Below are positions 16,920-25,384 of a stretch of 32,000 bases of DNA, in pieces; the first letter of the stretch is position 1; each line of letters begins with the position of its first letter. Source of the stretch: an uncultured Chloroflexia bacterium (lineage in GTDB: Bacteria; Chloroflexota; Anaerolineae; Anaerolineales; Anaerolineaceae); assembly GCA_963704755.1 (NCBI GenBank), contig OY969938.1, forward strand, positions 570,001 through 602,000, given 5' to 3'. Position numbers and translations under genes: made by a program. Under the pieces are notes generated by a model. That model did not search any database, was not told where the DNA came from, and saw nothing but the letters and a program-made list of their open reading frames with translations.

Positions 16920-19388
16920 ATGAATCCCTCACCTTCGCCCATTCCGCCCACCCGCTCTCGCATTATTAAACCCCTTGGGGTATTGTTTCTTACATTTTTA
17001 TTATTCGCCCTGATTGAAATCTGTTTTTTACAATTCCCGCCTGCTTCGACCGCTTTGCCGGCAGCAGCCGCTACGCCAACCGCAACCGAGCCGTGTGATA
17101 TCGGGGAATTCGCACACCTGCCTTCTCCAACCACGAATATTTGCGTCCCACCGCCCCCAACGCCTACACCAACAATCACGCCGACCGCGACCCCGGTGCC
17201 GGTCGTTTCTCCAGAGCTTGGGCCTGAGGCATACAAGCTCAAACCTTGGGACCAGACGACCGCGCTTCAAATGGCAAATGGAGCGTCCAATGTGCCCATC
17301 CCCGCTGAATATGAGGGGCTCCGCTCTTTCTATCAGGTTTCGCTCATCTCCGAAGCTATCCTCGACTTTCCAAAATTGAAAGATGACCCCAATTTGACCA
17401 GGCAAATGGCTGAAATTAAAGGACTGAGTTCAGCATACTATCTTTCGTACGCCTTGCTGCACGACTATTCAGCCGAACCTTTTCGCCAGATGATGGAAAA
17501 TTTTCTAAACGATGGAAGTATAAATCTTTCAAACTTAACTGAATGGATCGAATCGTTTGGTGCCAGTGTCCCTGAACCGGCGCTCAATTCGACCCATTTA
17601 TTTGACCGCCCTTCCTCAGCAACGGTCATCAAAGTTTCTGTAAACGATGGCTGGGATTTCTTTATAATTCAAATGGTCTCTTCTGGGCATTATTCCGTAT
17701 TTTCTCTGTACCCGGAATGGAAAGTATTCAGGTGGAGCGGCGAAACTGGTCAAATTACCGATCTCAACGTCAACGGCCGCGACGAAATTGCCATTACTCA
17801 CGATGATTGGGGCACAGGTATTAACCATTTTCGCGCGAAGTCCTTCCACCTTTATGAATGGAATGGCACTGCATTTACCGATTTGATGGTTGACCAACTC
17901 AATGTATCGGCAAATACGGATTACGGTGCTTGTCTGGATATCAGTTTCCTGCCCGATACGGGCAATGGTCAAAAAATACAGTCCGGAACCTCGTTGTCGA
18001 CACTCTGCGACGAAGCCCCCTACCAGGATATCGTTACCTTCGCCTGGGACGGAAAAGGTTACAAGAAAGAATCAGAGGGAATCACCACACCAGGCCAGAC
18101 CGATCCCCCCAGTCGCTGCACAATTGATTGGGCCATAAAAGCCGGCCCGCAGAACGACGAGGCGGTTAAATTACTGGCTGACGCCTTGGAAAATTGGCCA
18201 GCGCCGGCCGAAAATGATTGGGGACCTGCCGCCAGGGATTACCTCCGCATCAAATTGGCTACCTGGTACATCGAAAGGAATCAGCTTGATCTGGGTCTGG
18301 CCACGCTTCGCCAGGTCCGCGATCACCCGGTGAAACCTGCCTACACGCTACCGGCACGGGTGGCCGCGACCTTTCTCGACACCTATGCTACCCAAGGGAT
18401 TTATCGCGCAGTGGAAGAGGTTGGTGCATTATACATAGCCGAAATGCCGTCAGTTTGTGGAATGCTAAGCTGCAATGTCGAAAAAATGTTTCAACAATGG
18501 GGGTTTGCCGAAAGAGAATGGGGCAGCGAATACAATGGCCATTTTTCCGATGATTTCGATTCGCTTGATCCAATAGCGATACTCGTAAATCAGCATCCGC
18601 CGTCAAGCCTGGATGATTTAAAAGCCCTGCTCATTCAAAACCAGCTCTATCCGCAATGGTCACAGCAAGGCGACCTGGATGGGCAAGGCGAAGATGATTG
18701 GATCGTAGAAATTAACACCAATTTCTATGCTTTTCTCCGCCATGGCGGACAAATTGAAAAATTGTCTTTGTATTACCTCTATCTGCCAGACGATAAATCC
18801 CCATCGACTATTATCTGGCAAAAGTTTAACCCACAGCCTGGTGCGCCATCTATCAATTTATTCAAGGCTGGCTCTACTCTATACACTTTTCTTATTCTTC
18901 CCCAAGGCAGCGCTTTCCAATCTAAGGAATTGCTTTATCCCGGAGATCTTCCACAAAAGCTTACAGAAAAAAGGGGCACTGTAAAGGATTGGAAGGTAAT
19001 AGACGGTCGATTAATAGTGAATTATACCGGGTGGGCAACGACCTATACCTGGGATAACACTCAAAATAATCTGGTACCCAGTGGATTTGTCCCAGAATTA
19101 CAGGAAGAGAATGTTAGCAAAGCAGAACAGGCATTATTTTTCGATCAGAGACCTGACATCGCCATAGCAATATTAACCGAGATATTTAAACAACCAATTA
19201 TAGAAAGTGGCTTTTATGACGACACAATTATTCAACCGCTCCATTCCTATCTGCAATATTTGCTGGGATTAGCCTACGAGCGCAGCGGTGACCAGGCCGA
19301 TGCCGTCCAGGCGTACTGGCAGTTGTGGCATGACTACCCGGCTTCGCCTTACAGCCTGGCAGCCCAAAGCAAACTTGAATTACGCTGA
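16920..19388 (+). CDS. Hypothetical membrane-anchored surface protein, a distant paralog of the preceding gene (Pro/Thr linker, VCBS-like motifs, C-terminal TPR-like helices)
   Basis: 822-aa ORF with a TM helix (LGVLFLTFLLFALIEICFLQF), linker PPPPTPTPTITPTATPVPVV, and motifs DLNVNGRDEIAITHDDWGTG and GDLDGQGEDDWIVEI. FHLYEWNGTAFTDL parallels LFIFEWNGETFRSL of the upstream protein. The end reads LLGLAYERSGDQADAVQAYWQLW. Confidence 0.7.
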   Translation: MNPSPSPIPPTRSRIIKPLGVLFLTFLLFALIEICFLQFPPASTALPAAAATPTATEPCDIGEFAHLPSPTTNICVPPPPTPTPTITPTATPVPVVSPELGPEAYKLKPWDQTTALQMANGASNVPIPAEYEGLRSFYQVSLISEAILDFPKLKDDPNLTRQMAEIKGLSSAYYLSYALLHDYSAEPFRQMMENFLNDGSINLSNLTEWIESFGASVPEPALNSTHLFDRPSSATVIKVSVNDGWDFFIIQMVSSGHYSVFSLYPEWKVFRWSGETGQITDLNVNGRDEIAITHDDWGTGINHFRAKSFHLYEWNGTAFTDLMVDQLNVSANTDYGACLDISFLPDTGNGQKIQSGTSLSTLCDEAPYQDIVTFAWDGKGYKKESEGITTPGQTDPPSRCTIDWAIKAGPQNDEAVKLLADALENWPAPAENDWGPAARDYLRIKLATWYIERNQLDLGLATLRQVRDHPVKPAYTLPARVAATFLDTYATQGIYRAVEEVGALYIAEMPSVCGMLSCNVEKMFQQWGFAEREWGSEYNGHFSDDFDSLDPIAILVNQHPPSSLDDLKALLIQNQLYPQWSQQGDLDGQGEDDWIVEINTNFYAFLRHGGQIEKLSLYYLYLPDDKSPSTIIWQKFNPQPGAPSINLFKAGSTLYTFLILPQGSAFQSKELLYPGDLPQKLTEKRGTVKDWKVIDGRLIVNYTGWATTYTWDNTQNNLVPSGFVPELQEENVSKAEQALFFDQRPDIAIAILTEIFKQPIIESGFYDDTIIQPLHSYLQYLLGLAYERSGDQADAVQAYWQLWHDYPASPYSLAAQSKLELR

Positions 19389-19397
19389 CCCCACAGG

Positions 19398-19426
19398 TTG
19401 ACAGATCAAATCGAAAACCGTATACT
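19398..19426 (+). promoter_or_regulatory. Near-consensus sigma-70-type promoter: TTGACA-N17-TATACT
   Basis: TTGACA at 19398-19403, a 17-nt spacer, then TATACT at 19421-19426. It lies 10 nt after the stop of the 822-aa ORF and 180 nt upstream of the MFS gene. Confidence 0.55.
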
Positions 19427-19535
19427 GATCCCGGCTCAAATCCCATTTACCCCTAAAAATTTAAAAGTAGCGGCATTGCATCGGATAGATGAATTCAACA
19501 TCTTAAATTCCCTGTCCCAGCTCGTTTGGATCGAC

Positions 19536-19572
19536 CGCTTTTTGTTGTGACCACAAAAAGCGTTTTTATTTT
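19536..19572 (+). terminator. Intrinsic terminator: either the end of the surface-protein transcript or an attenuator in the MFS leader
   Basis: CGCTTTTTGT (19536-19545) pairs with ACAAAAAGCG (19553-19562) for 10 bp, with a 7-nt loop, followed by TTTTTATTTT (19563-19572). Confidence 0.7.
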
Positions 19573-19607
19573 GAATCCTTACCCGTCGAAATTTCCAGGA
19601 CCCCTTC

Positions 19608-20867
19608 ATGTCTTCAGCAAAAACAACGCTTCCCGCCAACCCCCATCCGCAGAAATACCTCGGCGAAACCGGCCTGATCGTGTTGATCGCCTTATTGAGC
19701 GCCTTCGTGCCCCTCTCGACCGACCTGTACTTGCCGGCCTTGCCCGGCATGAGCACCTTCTTCCACGTGCCGGTGGACCAGATCAACCTGACCCTGATCG
19801 TGTTCTTCATTTTATACAGCCTGGGTATCCTGGTCTGGGGGCCGCTCAGCGACCATTATGGGCGCAAAAAGGTGCTCCTGGCCGGCCTGGTGATCTATGT
19901 TTTGGCCAGCGCCCTGTGCGCCAACGTCTGGAACGTGGGTATGCTGATCCTGGCTCGGGCACTGCAGGCAGCCGGCGGCAGTGCTGCCGGAGCGGTAGCC
20001 ACGGCAATGGTCAAGGACGTGTACACCGGCCGCAAGCGTGAATCCGTCCTGGCTATCGTCCAGTCGATGGTCCTGATCTCTCCTGCCGTGGCACCCGTGC
20101 TGGGCGCCTTCCTGCTGGGCATCACATCCTGGCGGGGCATCTTTTGGGTGCTGACCGGCATCGGCGTGGTCGCCCTGATCGGCAGCCTGCTGATGGAAGA
20201 GACCATCCCGGAATACAGCCCCGGTCTCCTGACCCAAAACTTAAGCCGGCTCGGCAAGGTGCTCCAGAACCGGGGCTTCGCCGGGCTGCTGATCCTCTTC
20301 TCGCTGTTGAGCGTCTCGACCCTGGCCTTTATCGCCTCATCCACCTACATCTTTCAAGACGGCTTCCATCTCAGCAGCCAGGCCTACAGCTTCTATTTTT
20401 CTCTCAATGCCCTGGGGATGATCGCCGGACCGATGATTTTTTTGCAGTTGTCCCGCCGGGTCCATTCCGAAACAATAATCAAGGGTAGTTTTCTGGTCAT
20501 TTTGATCAGCGGCGTACTGGTTTTCCTGCTTGGAAACCTGCAGCCCTGGATTTTCTGCCTGTGTATCCTGCCTTCCTCGGCGGCATCGAATTGCCTGCGC
20601 CCGCCGGCAGCCAACCTGATGCTGGAACAGCAGAAGGGCGATACCGGTTCGGTCTCTTCATTAATTAACTGCACCGGTTTGCTCATGGGCAGCCTGGGCA
20701 TGCTGTTGATTTCGCTGAACTGGGCCAATACTGTCCAGGTTCTGGGTGTGATGACTTTTTCCACCGCCGGAATCAGCCTGGCCTTGTGGCCGCTTGTGAT
20801 TAAACACATCCGGCACCTACCCGGCCCGGGCCTGGCTCAACTGGAACACAGCGAAAGCATGGATTAA
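19608..20867 (+). CDS. MFS transporter, DHA1 Bcr/CflA-type drug/metabolite exporter
   Basis: 419-aa ORF with 12 predicted TM helices: LPALPGMSTFFHV, motif A-like GPLSDHYGRKKVLLAGL, ALQAAGGSAAGAVATAMVKD. Confidence 0.85.
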   Translation: MSSAKTTLPANPHPQKYLGETGLIVLIALLSAFVPLSTDLYLPALPGMSTFFHVPVDQINLTLIVFFILYSLGILVWGPLSDHYGRKKVLLAGLVIYVLASALCANVWNVGMLILARALQAAGGSAAGAVATAMVKDVYTGRKRESVLAIVQSMVLISPAVAPVLGAFLLGITSWRGIFWVLTGIGVVALIGSLLMEETIPEYSPGLLTQNLSRLGKVLQNRGFAGLLILFSLLSVSTLAFIASSTYIFQDGFHLSSQAYSFYFSLNALGMIAGPMIFLQLSRRVHSETIIKGSFLVILISGVLVFLLGNLQPWIFCLCILPSSAASNCLRPPAANLMLEQQKGDTGSVSSLINCTGLLMGSLGMLLISLNWANTVQVLGVMTFSTAGISLALWPLVIKHIRHLPGPGLAQLEHSESMD

Positions 20868-20875
20868 GAAACTAT

Positions 20876-20926
20876 GGGGAGATTATTTTGGGTGCAAAGC
20901 CACCCAAAATAATCTCCCCATTTTTG
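20876..20926. terminator. Bidirectional terminator hairpin between the convergent MFS and GMC genes
   Basis: A perfect 19-bp stem (GGGGAGATTATTTTGGGTG / CACCCAAAATAATCTCCCC) with a 6-nt loop, followed by ATTTTTG on the plus strand. Confidence 0.75.
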
Positions 20927-20936
20927 CCCGCCATGT

Positions 20937-23159
20937 TCAAGGCAGCGGAAACCAATCCTTCACAATTTGGTCGGCTGCGCGCAGCGCCAGGGCCGAGATC
21001 GTCAGGGTCGGGTTGATCCCCAGGGCTGTCGGAACGATCGACGCATCCACCACATACAGGCCCTTGTAATACGGCCCGTCTCCATTGGCCGGTACCTTGA
21101 ACACCCGCCCGAACTCGTCCACCACCCCGCGCTCGGGGCTGGCCGCCATCCGGCAGCCGCCCAGCGGATGCGTCAACGGCACCGGGGCAATCAGCGCGTC
21201 CTTGCCCTCACCCAGCTCGAAGAACGGGTTTTCGAATGCGGCCGAAGGGTCGTCCGAAAGCGCCTGGGCAAAGCGCTTCAAGGTCCCTTGAAGCTCAGCA
21301 TAGATCGGGTCCTGGAAAAAGGCTTTGCCGTCCACGCGGCTCAAACGCAGGGTCGTTTCACCGGCCGCCGGGTCGCCCAGGCGGAACTGGCCGTTGGCCT
21401 GGTCGCGCCCCATCGTGGCCACACACAACATGTTGGCCAGTTCCTCATCTTCCGAGCGCAATAACTCTTTACGCGGCTTCGCCAACGGCAAAAACGACTG
21501 TACCGATTTAGGCGCCGCCTTGCGTGAGAACCACAGCGCCGAGGTCCTGCTCAGAAATAACGGCGGGACCAGGGCGTGCCCGCGTGCGAACCAGCGCACG
21601 ACCGGCAGGCCCACTCCCACCAGGTTGGCGAATACCTTGGGCAGGCCGTTATCCTCGATCGCGTGGTAGCGGGCCGGGTCGATCTCCTCGCCCGAGTCCG
21701 GAGTGTGGAAGCGGCCGTAGGAAGTCATCATCGGCCCGCGGGTCAGGTAGGTGCGCTCGCGGGTGGGGTTGAGGAACTGGAGCGAATCGCCGTTGGTCGA
21801 AAAGCCAAAACCCAACCGGCTGCTCAAATAAGGCAGTCCGCCGCTTTTCCTGGAGCGCAGCAGAATTTCGTTCGTACCGGTGCAGCCCGCCGCCAGGATG
21901 ACCAGGTCTGCGGTGACGATTTTGCTCAGCGGACTCTGCGAGCGCTCGCCTCGCTGCAGGTAATGGATCTCGTAGCCCCCTTGTGGTCTGGCGCGGATTT
22001 CCTCGACCTCCGCCCGGGTTTGCAGGGCCATTCCGGGCAGCAGCGGGGGGTAGGCCGGCCGGTTGGGCAGCCCCGGCCCGCCAAAAATAGCCGCCATGAG
22101 CTGCTTGCTCAGCGTCTGGCGCGCATCCGGCAGGCAGCCCAACACACAGCGGCCCTGGCGTTCGCAGTAATTGGCCGGTGTGCCACCCGGGTTGAACGGC
22201 GCCGGCTCGGCCGGCAGATCTTTGATAGCCGAATCGACCGTGCCGAAGTCGCCGGTAACCTGGCTCATCGCGGTCTGGAAAACGCGCGCCCGGTCGATCC
22301 ACAAGCGGTGAGCCGGGTCAGGCGCGTCTGCTGGTTGGGGTGCGCTCAGGTCGATCCGCTTGAGCGGGCTTCCGTCTACAGCGTGCGCCCAGTACGGGTT
22401 GATCCGCGTCGAGCGGGAGGCCAGGTTGCTCAGCCCGCTGGCTATGCGCAGTTTGTGCAGATCGGTCTCTGCGATGTTCCCCTGGCGCTTTTCCCAGGCG
22501 TACAGCACTCCGTAGCCAATGGCATCCCGGGCCAGGTCGTACCAGAATGGGCGCTGACCGTTCCAGTTGACCGGCCAGGCCGGGTCATCCAGCACGAAAT
22601 CCGGCGGCGCCACGGTCACGTTGGAATACACCAGCGAACCGCCGCCCACCCCGTTTCCGCCGATGATCGAAACACCGTCGTTTTCACTTAGCCCTAAAGC
22701 GCCTTTGCGGCCAAAGGTGGTTTGAGCGAACAACCCATCCTCATTGCCCGGCCGGCGCAGACAGCGCAGCACCAGGTCGAAGATACCCGCAAAATGATCG
22801 ACCGAGTTCCAGAATTGGACCGGCTGGCCGTGCTGGCGCAAGAACCAGGCCACTGCCCCTTTCTTGTCCTCCACCGTGTTCACCGGTGTGGTCCACCACA
22901 CACCCCGCTCCAGCATGAGTAGTTTTTCATCCCGCCCACGGGCCTGCAGCGCCCGCGCCACGGTCAGACCGGCCATACTCCCGCCAAAGCCGGTTCCAAT
23001 GACCACTACCTTGTAATGGTCGCCGTGCACCGGACCGGGTTTGGGCGGCTCCGGCGCGCTTCGTTTCCGCAGTAGCCGTACGATGGTAAGAACACCTCCG
23101 GCCAGGAACACCCATTTGAGCAGGCCGCCCTTTTTAAATGTACCCCGCTGTCTCTTCAT
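20937..23159 (-). CDS. GMC family FAD oxidoreductase (cholesterol/polyol oxidase-like) with an N-terminal TM anchor
   Basis: 740-aa ORF with an N-terminal TM helix (LLKWVFLAGGVLTIV), VVVIGTGFGGSMAG, GGGSLVYSN, and the C-terminal block HPLGGCRMA...LYVVDASIVPTALGINPTLTISALALR. Confidence 0.85.
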   Translation of the reverse strand: MKRQRGTFKKGGLLKWVFLAGGVLTIVRLLRKRSAPEPPKPGPVHGDHYKVVVIGTGFGGSMAGLTVARALQARGRDEKLLMLERGVWWTTPVNTVEDKKGAVAWFLRQHGQPVQFWNSVDHFAGIFDLVLRCLRRPGNEDGLFAQTTFGRKGALGLSENDGVSIIGGNGVGGGSLVYSNVTVAPPDFVLDDPAWPVNWNGQRPFWYDLARDAIGYGVLYAWEKRQGNIAETDLHKLRIASGLSNLASRSTRINPYWAHAVDGSPLKRIDLSAPQPADAPDPAHRLWIDRARVFQTAMSQVTGDFGTVDSAIKDLPAEPAPFNPGGTPANYCERQGRCVLGCLPDARQTLSKQLMAAIFGGPGLPNRPAYPPLLPGMALQTRAEVEEIRARPQGGYEIHYLQRGERSQSPLSKIVTADLVILAAGCTGTNEILLRSRKSGGLPYLSSRLGFGFSTNGDSLQFLNPTRERTYLTRGPMMTSYGRFHTPDSGEEIDPARYHAIEDNGLPKVFANLVGVGLPVVRWFARGHALVPPLFLSRTSALWFSRKAAPKSVQSFLPLAKPRKELLRSEDEELANMLCVATMGRDQANGQFRLGDPAAGETTLRLSRVDGKAFFQDPIYAELQGTLKRFAQALSDDPSAAFENPFFELGEGKDALIAPVPLTHPLGGCRMAASPERGVVDEFGRVFKVPANGDGPYYKGLYVVDASIVPTALGINPTLTISALALRAADQIVKDWFPLP

Positions 23160-23167
23160 GATTTACC

Positions 23168-24940
23168 TCACCCTCGCTTGAAGCGGCTCGGGGTCAGCCC
23201 ACACCTTTCGCTGAAGGCGTTGCTGAACAGCCCGGCCGGGTCCAACTGATCGCGAATGGCCAACCATTGGGGCAGCAGCGGGTACATGGAGGCGATCAGC
23301 CCACCCGCGCCGGTCAGGAAATTCAGCAGTCCCCAATGTGGACGCCCGCCAAAGGCGTACATCTTCGTCTCGATTTCCTGCAAGAGTTCGCGCCCGCCCA
23401 GGGTGCGATCGATCGAAATCAACTCGACCATACAGGTATCGCTGCCGTTCATCATGCTCAGGTGCGCCGGGGATGCCTTGACGAAACGCAATGAGAATGG
23501 CGAGGTCAGGTAAGCCTGGCCAAGTTCCTGGCGCTGGGCGGTGATCTTAAGGATCTGTTCGACTCCCTCCAGATAGCTCTCCAGCGGAAAGGCGATCTCG
23601 CTGCCAAAGGCCGGCACATCGTTGGCGTTACCAATGTTGAATACCCGGTAGCTCCGGTCGGTGTAATCTCCCACGATGGCCTTCATCGCCCCATCGACGA
23701 TATCCGGGGTAAGCCAGGGAAAGGCATCGATCACCTTGAGCAATACTCCGCTCGTGCCGGGAGCGCTGGCCGCCAGTTCGACCAATACGTTGCGCACCGG
23801 CAGAATCAGGGGCGGCTGGGCCGGCGGCGGCGCCGGGTTACGGCGTGTCACCAGGCAGGTGTGGTCTCCGTTTGACTGGGTGACATAGGGGTTGACCAGC
23901 ACCTCGTAGTGAACGTTATCGCGCAGTACCTGTCCATCCTGCAAGTCCTGCCGCACTTGCGACCAGGTGCTAAGGGTGCGCTGTTCTTTTAGGTAATAGC
24001 GCGGCTGGACGCGCAGGACCACCGCGTAGATCACCCCCAGGCAGCCTAACCCCACCTGGCAGGCGTGGAACCACTCGTCGTCCTGTTTGAGTTCGATCTC
24101 GGGATGGCGACCGCTCCAGGCGGCCGGGTTGCTGATCCCGTTCCCCGGCTCCACCCGCAGAACTCGTCCGCCTGGGACGACCAGTGTAAGCGCGACTACC
24201 TGGCTGGGCAGCGGTCCATATGCCAGACCTGATCCATGCGTGGAAGTCGAAATAACCCCGGCGATAGTCTGGCCATCATAGCCGCCCATGTTCTCCACCC
24301 CCAGGCCGGCCTGCCACAGTGCTTCATTTAAATCGTGAAACGTCATGCCGGCCTCGGCCGCGAACAGGGTTTCCGGGATTGCGTCCGGGCGCAGCAGGTC
24401 CGGCTCGAGGGGCAGCACTTTGCACAGCCCATGCGTCTCGATCAGAAAATCGCGCGTCCCAGCCACGTCGGCAAACGAGTGACCCGATCCAACCGCCTTC
24501 ACCCGGCAGTTTTCCACTTCCGCCTGCCGGATGATCTCCTGGAGTTCGGCCAGTGTGGTCGGGTAAAACACGCGCAAGGGCTGCACGATCCGGCTGCCGA
24601 TGCAATCCTGCCAGGTCTGGCGGACCTTTCCACCGCCCCGGACCACAAAAGGCAGCGCCGGCAGCCCGAAACCCAGGGCCTCCTCGGGCTGCACCGCCTG
24701 GGTTGAACGGGCCTCCTCGGCCGCCAGCGTTTGTACGGCTGCATTGAAAAACGCCGGCAGTCCATGTGCTTGAATATCCGCCCGAACCGCGTCCAGGTTT
24801 TCCGTCGCGGTTGGATTGGCATTTACTCGCGCCAGATTAAGTGCAATTTGGGCTACAACTTCGCGGTCCGGCGCTGCGATTCTTTCTACCTGGGGCTCAT
24901 TCCCGCCTGTGTTATCCGAAGGATCAAAATCTTTGTCCAT
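23168..24940 (-). CDS. FAD-linked oxidase, VAO/PCMH fold with a D-arabinono-1,4-lactone oxidase-type C-terminal domain and an N-terminal extension of about 110 aa
   Basis: 590-aa ORF with FYPTTLAELQEIIRQAE...VKAVGSGHSFADVA (FAD_binding_4) and GGRPHWGL...LDPAGLFSNAF (ALO domain). The GMC start codon lies 8 nt after its stop, preceded by GGTGAGG. Confidence 0.82.
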   Translation of the reverse strand: MDKDFDPSDNTGGNEPQVERIAAPDREVVAQIALNLARVNANPTATENLDAVRADIQAHGLPAFFNAAVQTLAAEEARSTQAVQPEEALGFGLPALPFVVRGGGKVRQTWQDCIGSRIVQPLRVFYPTTLAELQEIIRQAEVENCRVKAVGSGHSFADVAGTRDFLIETHGLCKVLPLEPDLLRPDAIPETLFAAEAGMTFHDLNEALWQAGLGVENMGGYDGQTIAGVISTSTHGSGLAYGPLPSQVVALTLVVPGGRVLRVEPGNGISNPAAWSGRHPEIELKQDDEWFHACQVGLGCLGVIYAVVLRVQPRYYLKEQRTLSTWSQVRQDLQDGQVLRDNVHYEVLVNPYVTQSNGDHTCLVTRRNPAPPPAQPPLILPVRNVLVELAASAPGTSGVLLKVIDAFPWLTPDIVDGAMKAIVGDYTDRSYRVFNIGNANDVPAFGSEIAFPLESYLEGVEQILKITAQRQELGQAYLTSPFSLRFVKASPAHLSMMNGSDTCMVELISIDRTLGGRELLQEIETKMYAFGGRPHWGLLNFLTGAGGLIASMYPLLPQWLAIRDQLDPAGLFSNAFSERCGLTPSRFKRG

Positions 24941-24999
24941 TGCCGGCAGGCTCTCCTTTCCAGAGTGCTGTCACGAGGCAATTACGACTATGTTTACTC

Positions 25000-25027
25000 T
25001 TTATATCCACATTCGAGAAAATGTCAA
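25000..25027 (-). promoter_or_regulatory. Sigma-70-type promoter for the oxidase operon: TTGACA-N16-TATAAA
   Basis: On the minus strand, TTGACA is at 25027-25022 and TATAAA at 25005-25000, about 55 nt upstream of ATG 24940. Confidence 0.55.
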
Positions 25028-25114
25028 TAGCCTGATCCGAAGTTGCAATGGATTTTCGAAAAAATATATCTTGCCCTTATTTTTCAGGCAATAATGCCGA
25101 AAATAATCATTACC

Positions 25115-25324
25115 ATGAATGTTAATTCAGTAGCCGACCTGTCAAGTTATTTACCGCAACTGGCAACCTCCTCGAAAAGCGACCAGGTCCAGGGTCAAAT
25201 CCAGGTAGCCGTTCTAAAAAGCATCATGAACCAGCAGAAATCTGCCGGTGAAGATGTGGTCGAAATGATCCAGGCTTCATCGATTTCCCCGGAACTGGGC
25301 CAAAATATCGACCTGCGCGCCTGA
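25115..25324 (+). CDS. YjfB-like 'putative motility protein' family small protein
   Basis: The 69-aa product MNVNSVADLSS...QVQGQIQVAVLKSIMNQQKSAGEDVVEMIQASSISPELGQNIDLRA fits the YjfB pattern (VLK...qqk...lG.niDl.A). The longer ORF from 25043 adds a non-conserved hydrophobic extension. Confidence 0.6.
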   Translation: MNVNSVADLSSYLPQLATSSKSDQVQGQIQVAVLKSIMNQQKSAGEDVVEMIQASSISPELGQNIDLRA

Positions 25325-25333
25325 AAAAGAGTT

Positions 25334-25384
25334 CGAATTTGAGGTGTTTGCGGGGGCTTCGCCCCCGCAAACACCTCAAATTCG
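25334..25384. repeat. Palindromic intergenic repeat, family 1, copy A (23-bp stem)
   Basis: CGAATTTGAGGTGTT-TGCGGGGG-cttcg-CCCCCGCA-AACACCTCAAATTCG. The outer 15 bp and the 3' flank GGGGTCTT are shared with the copy at 31228-31282. Confidence 0.8.

Noticed and set aside
16901-17242. Gly/Val-rich 113-aa ORF on the minus strand (GVAVGVIVGVGVGGGG).
   Set aside because: It is the reverse complement of the Pro/Thr linker at the 5' end of the 822-aa gene, so it is a composition artefact.
15065-19388. Prophage, integrative element or defence island interpretation of the AT-rich region.
   Set aside because: There is no integrase, transposase, tRNA attachment site, flanking direct repeat or nuclease/ATPase/methylase-type gene. 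Only two surface-protein genes are present.
19427-19535. A known riboswitch class (guanidine/ykkC, fluoride, others) in the MFS leader.
   Set aside because: I could not find any of the conserved cores I remember for these classes. This needs an Infernal/Rfam scan before any claim.
25043-25114. N-terminal extension of the YjfB-like ORF (MQWIFEKIYLALIFQAIMPKIIIT).
   Set aside because: The conserved family region starts at the internal ATG at 25115. The extension overlaps the divergent promoter region and looks non-conserved.
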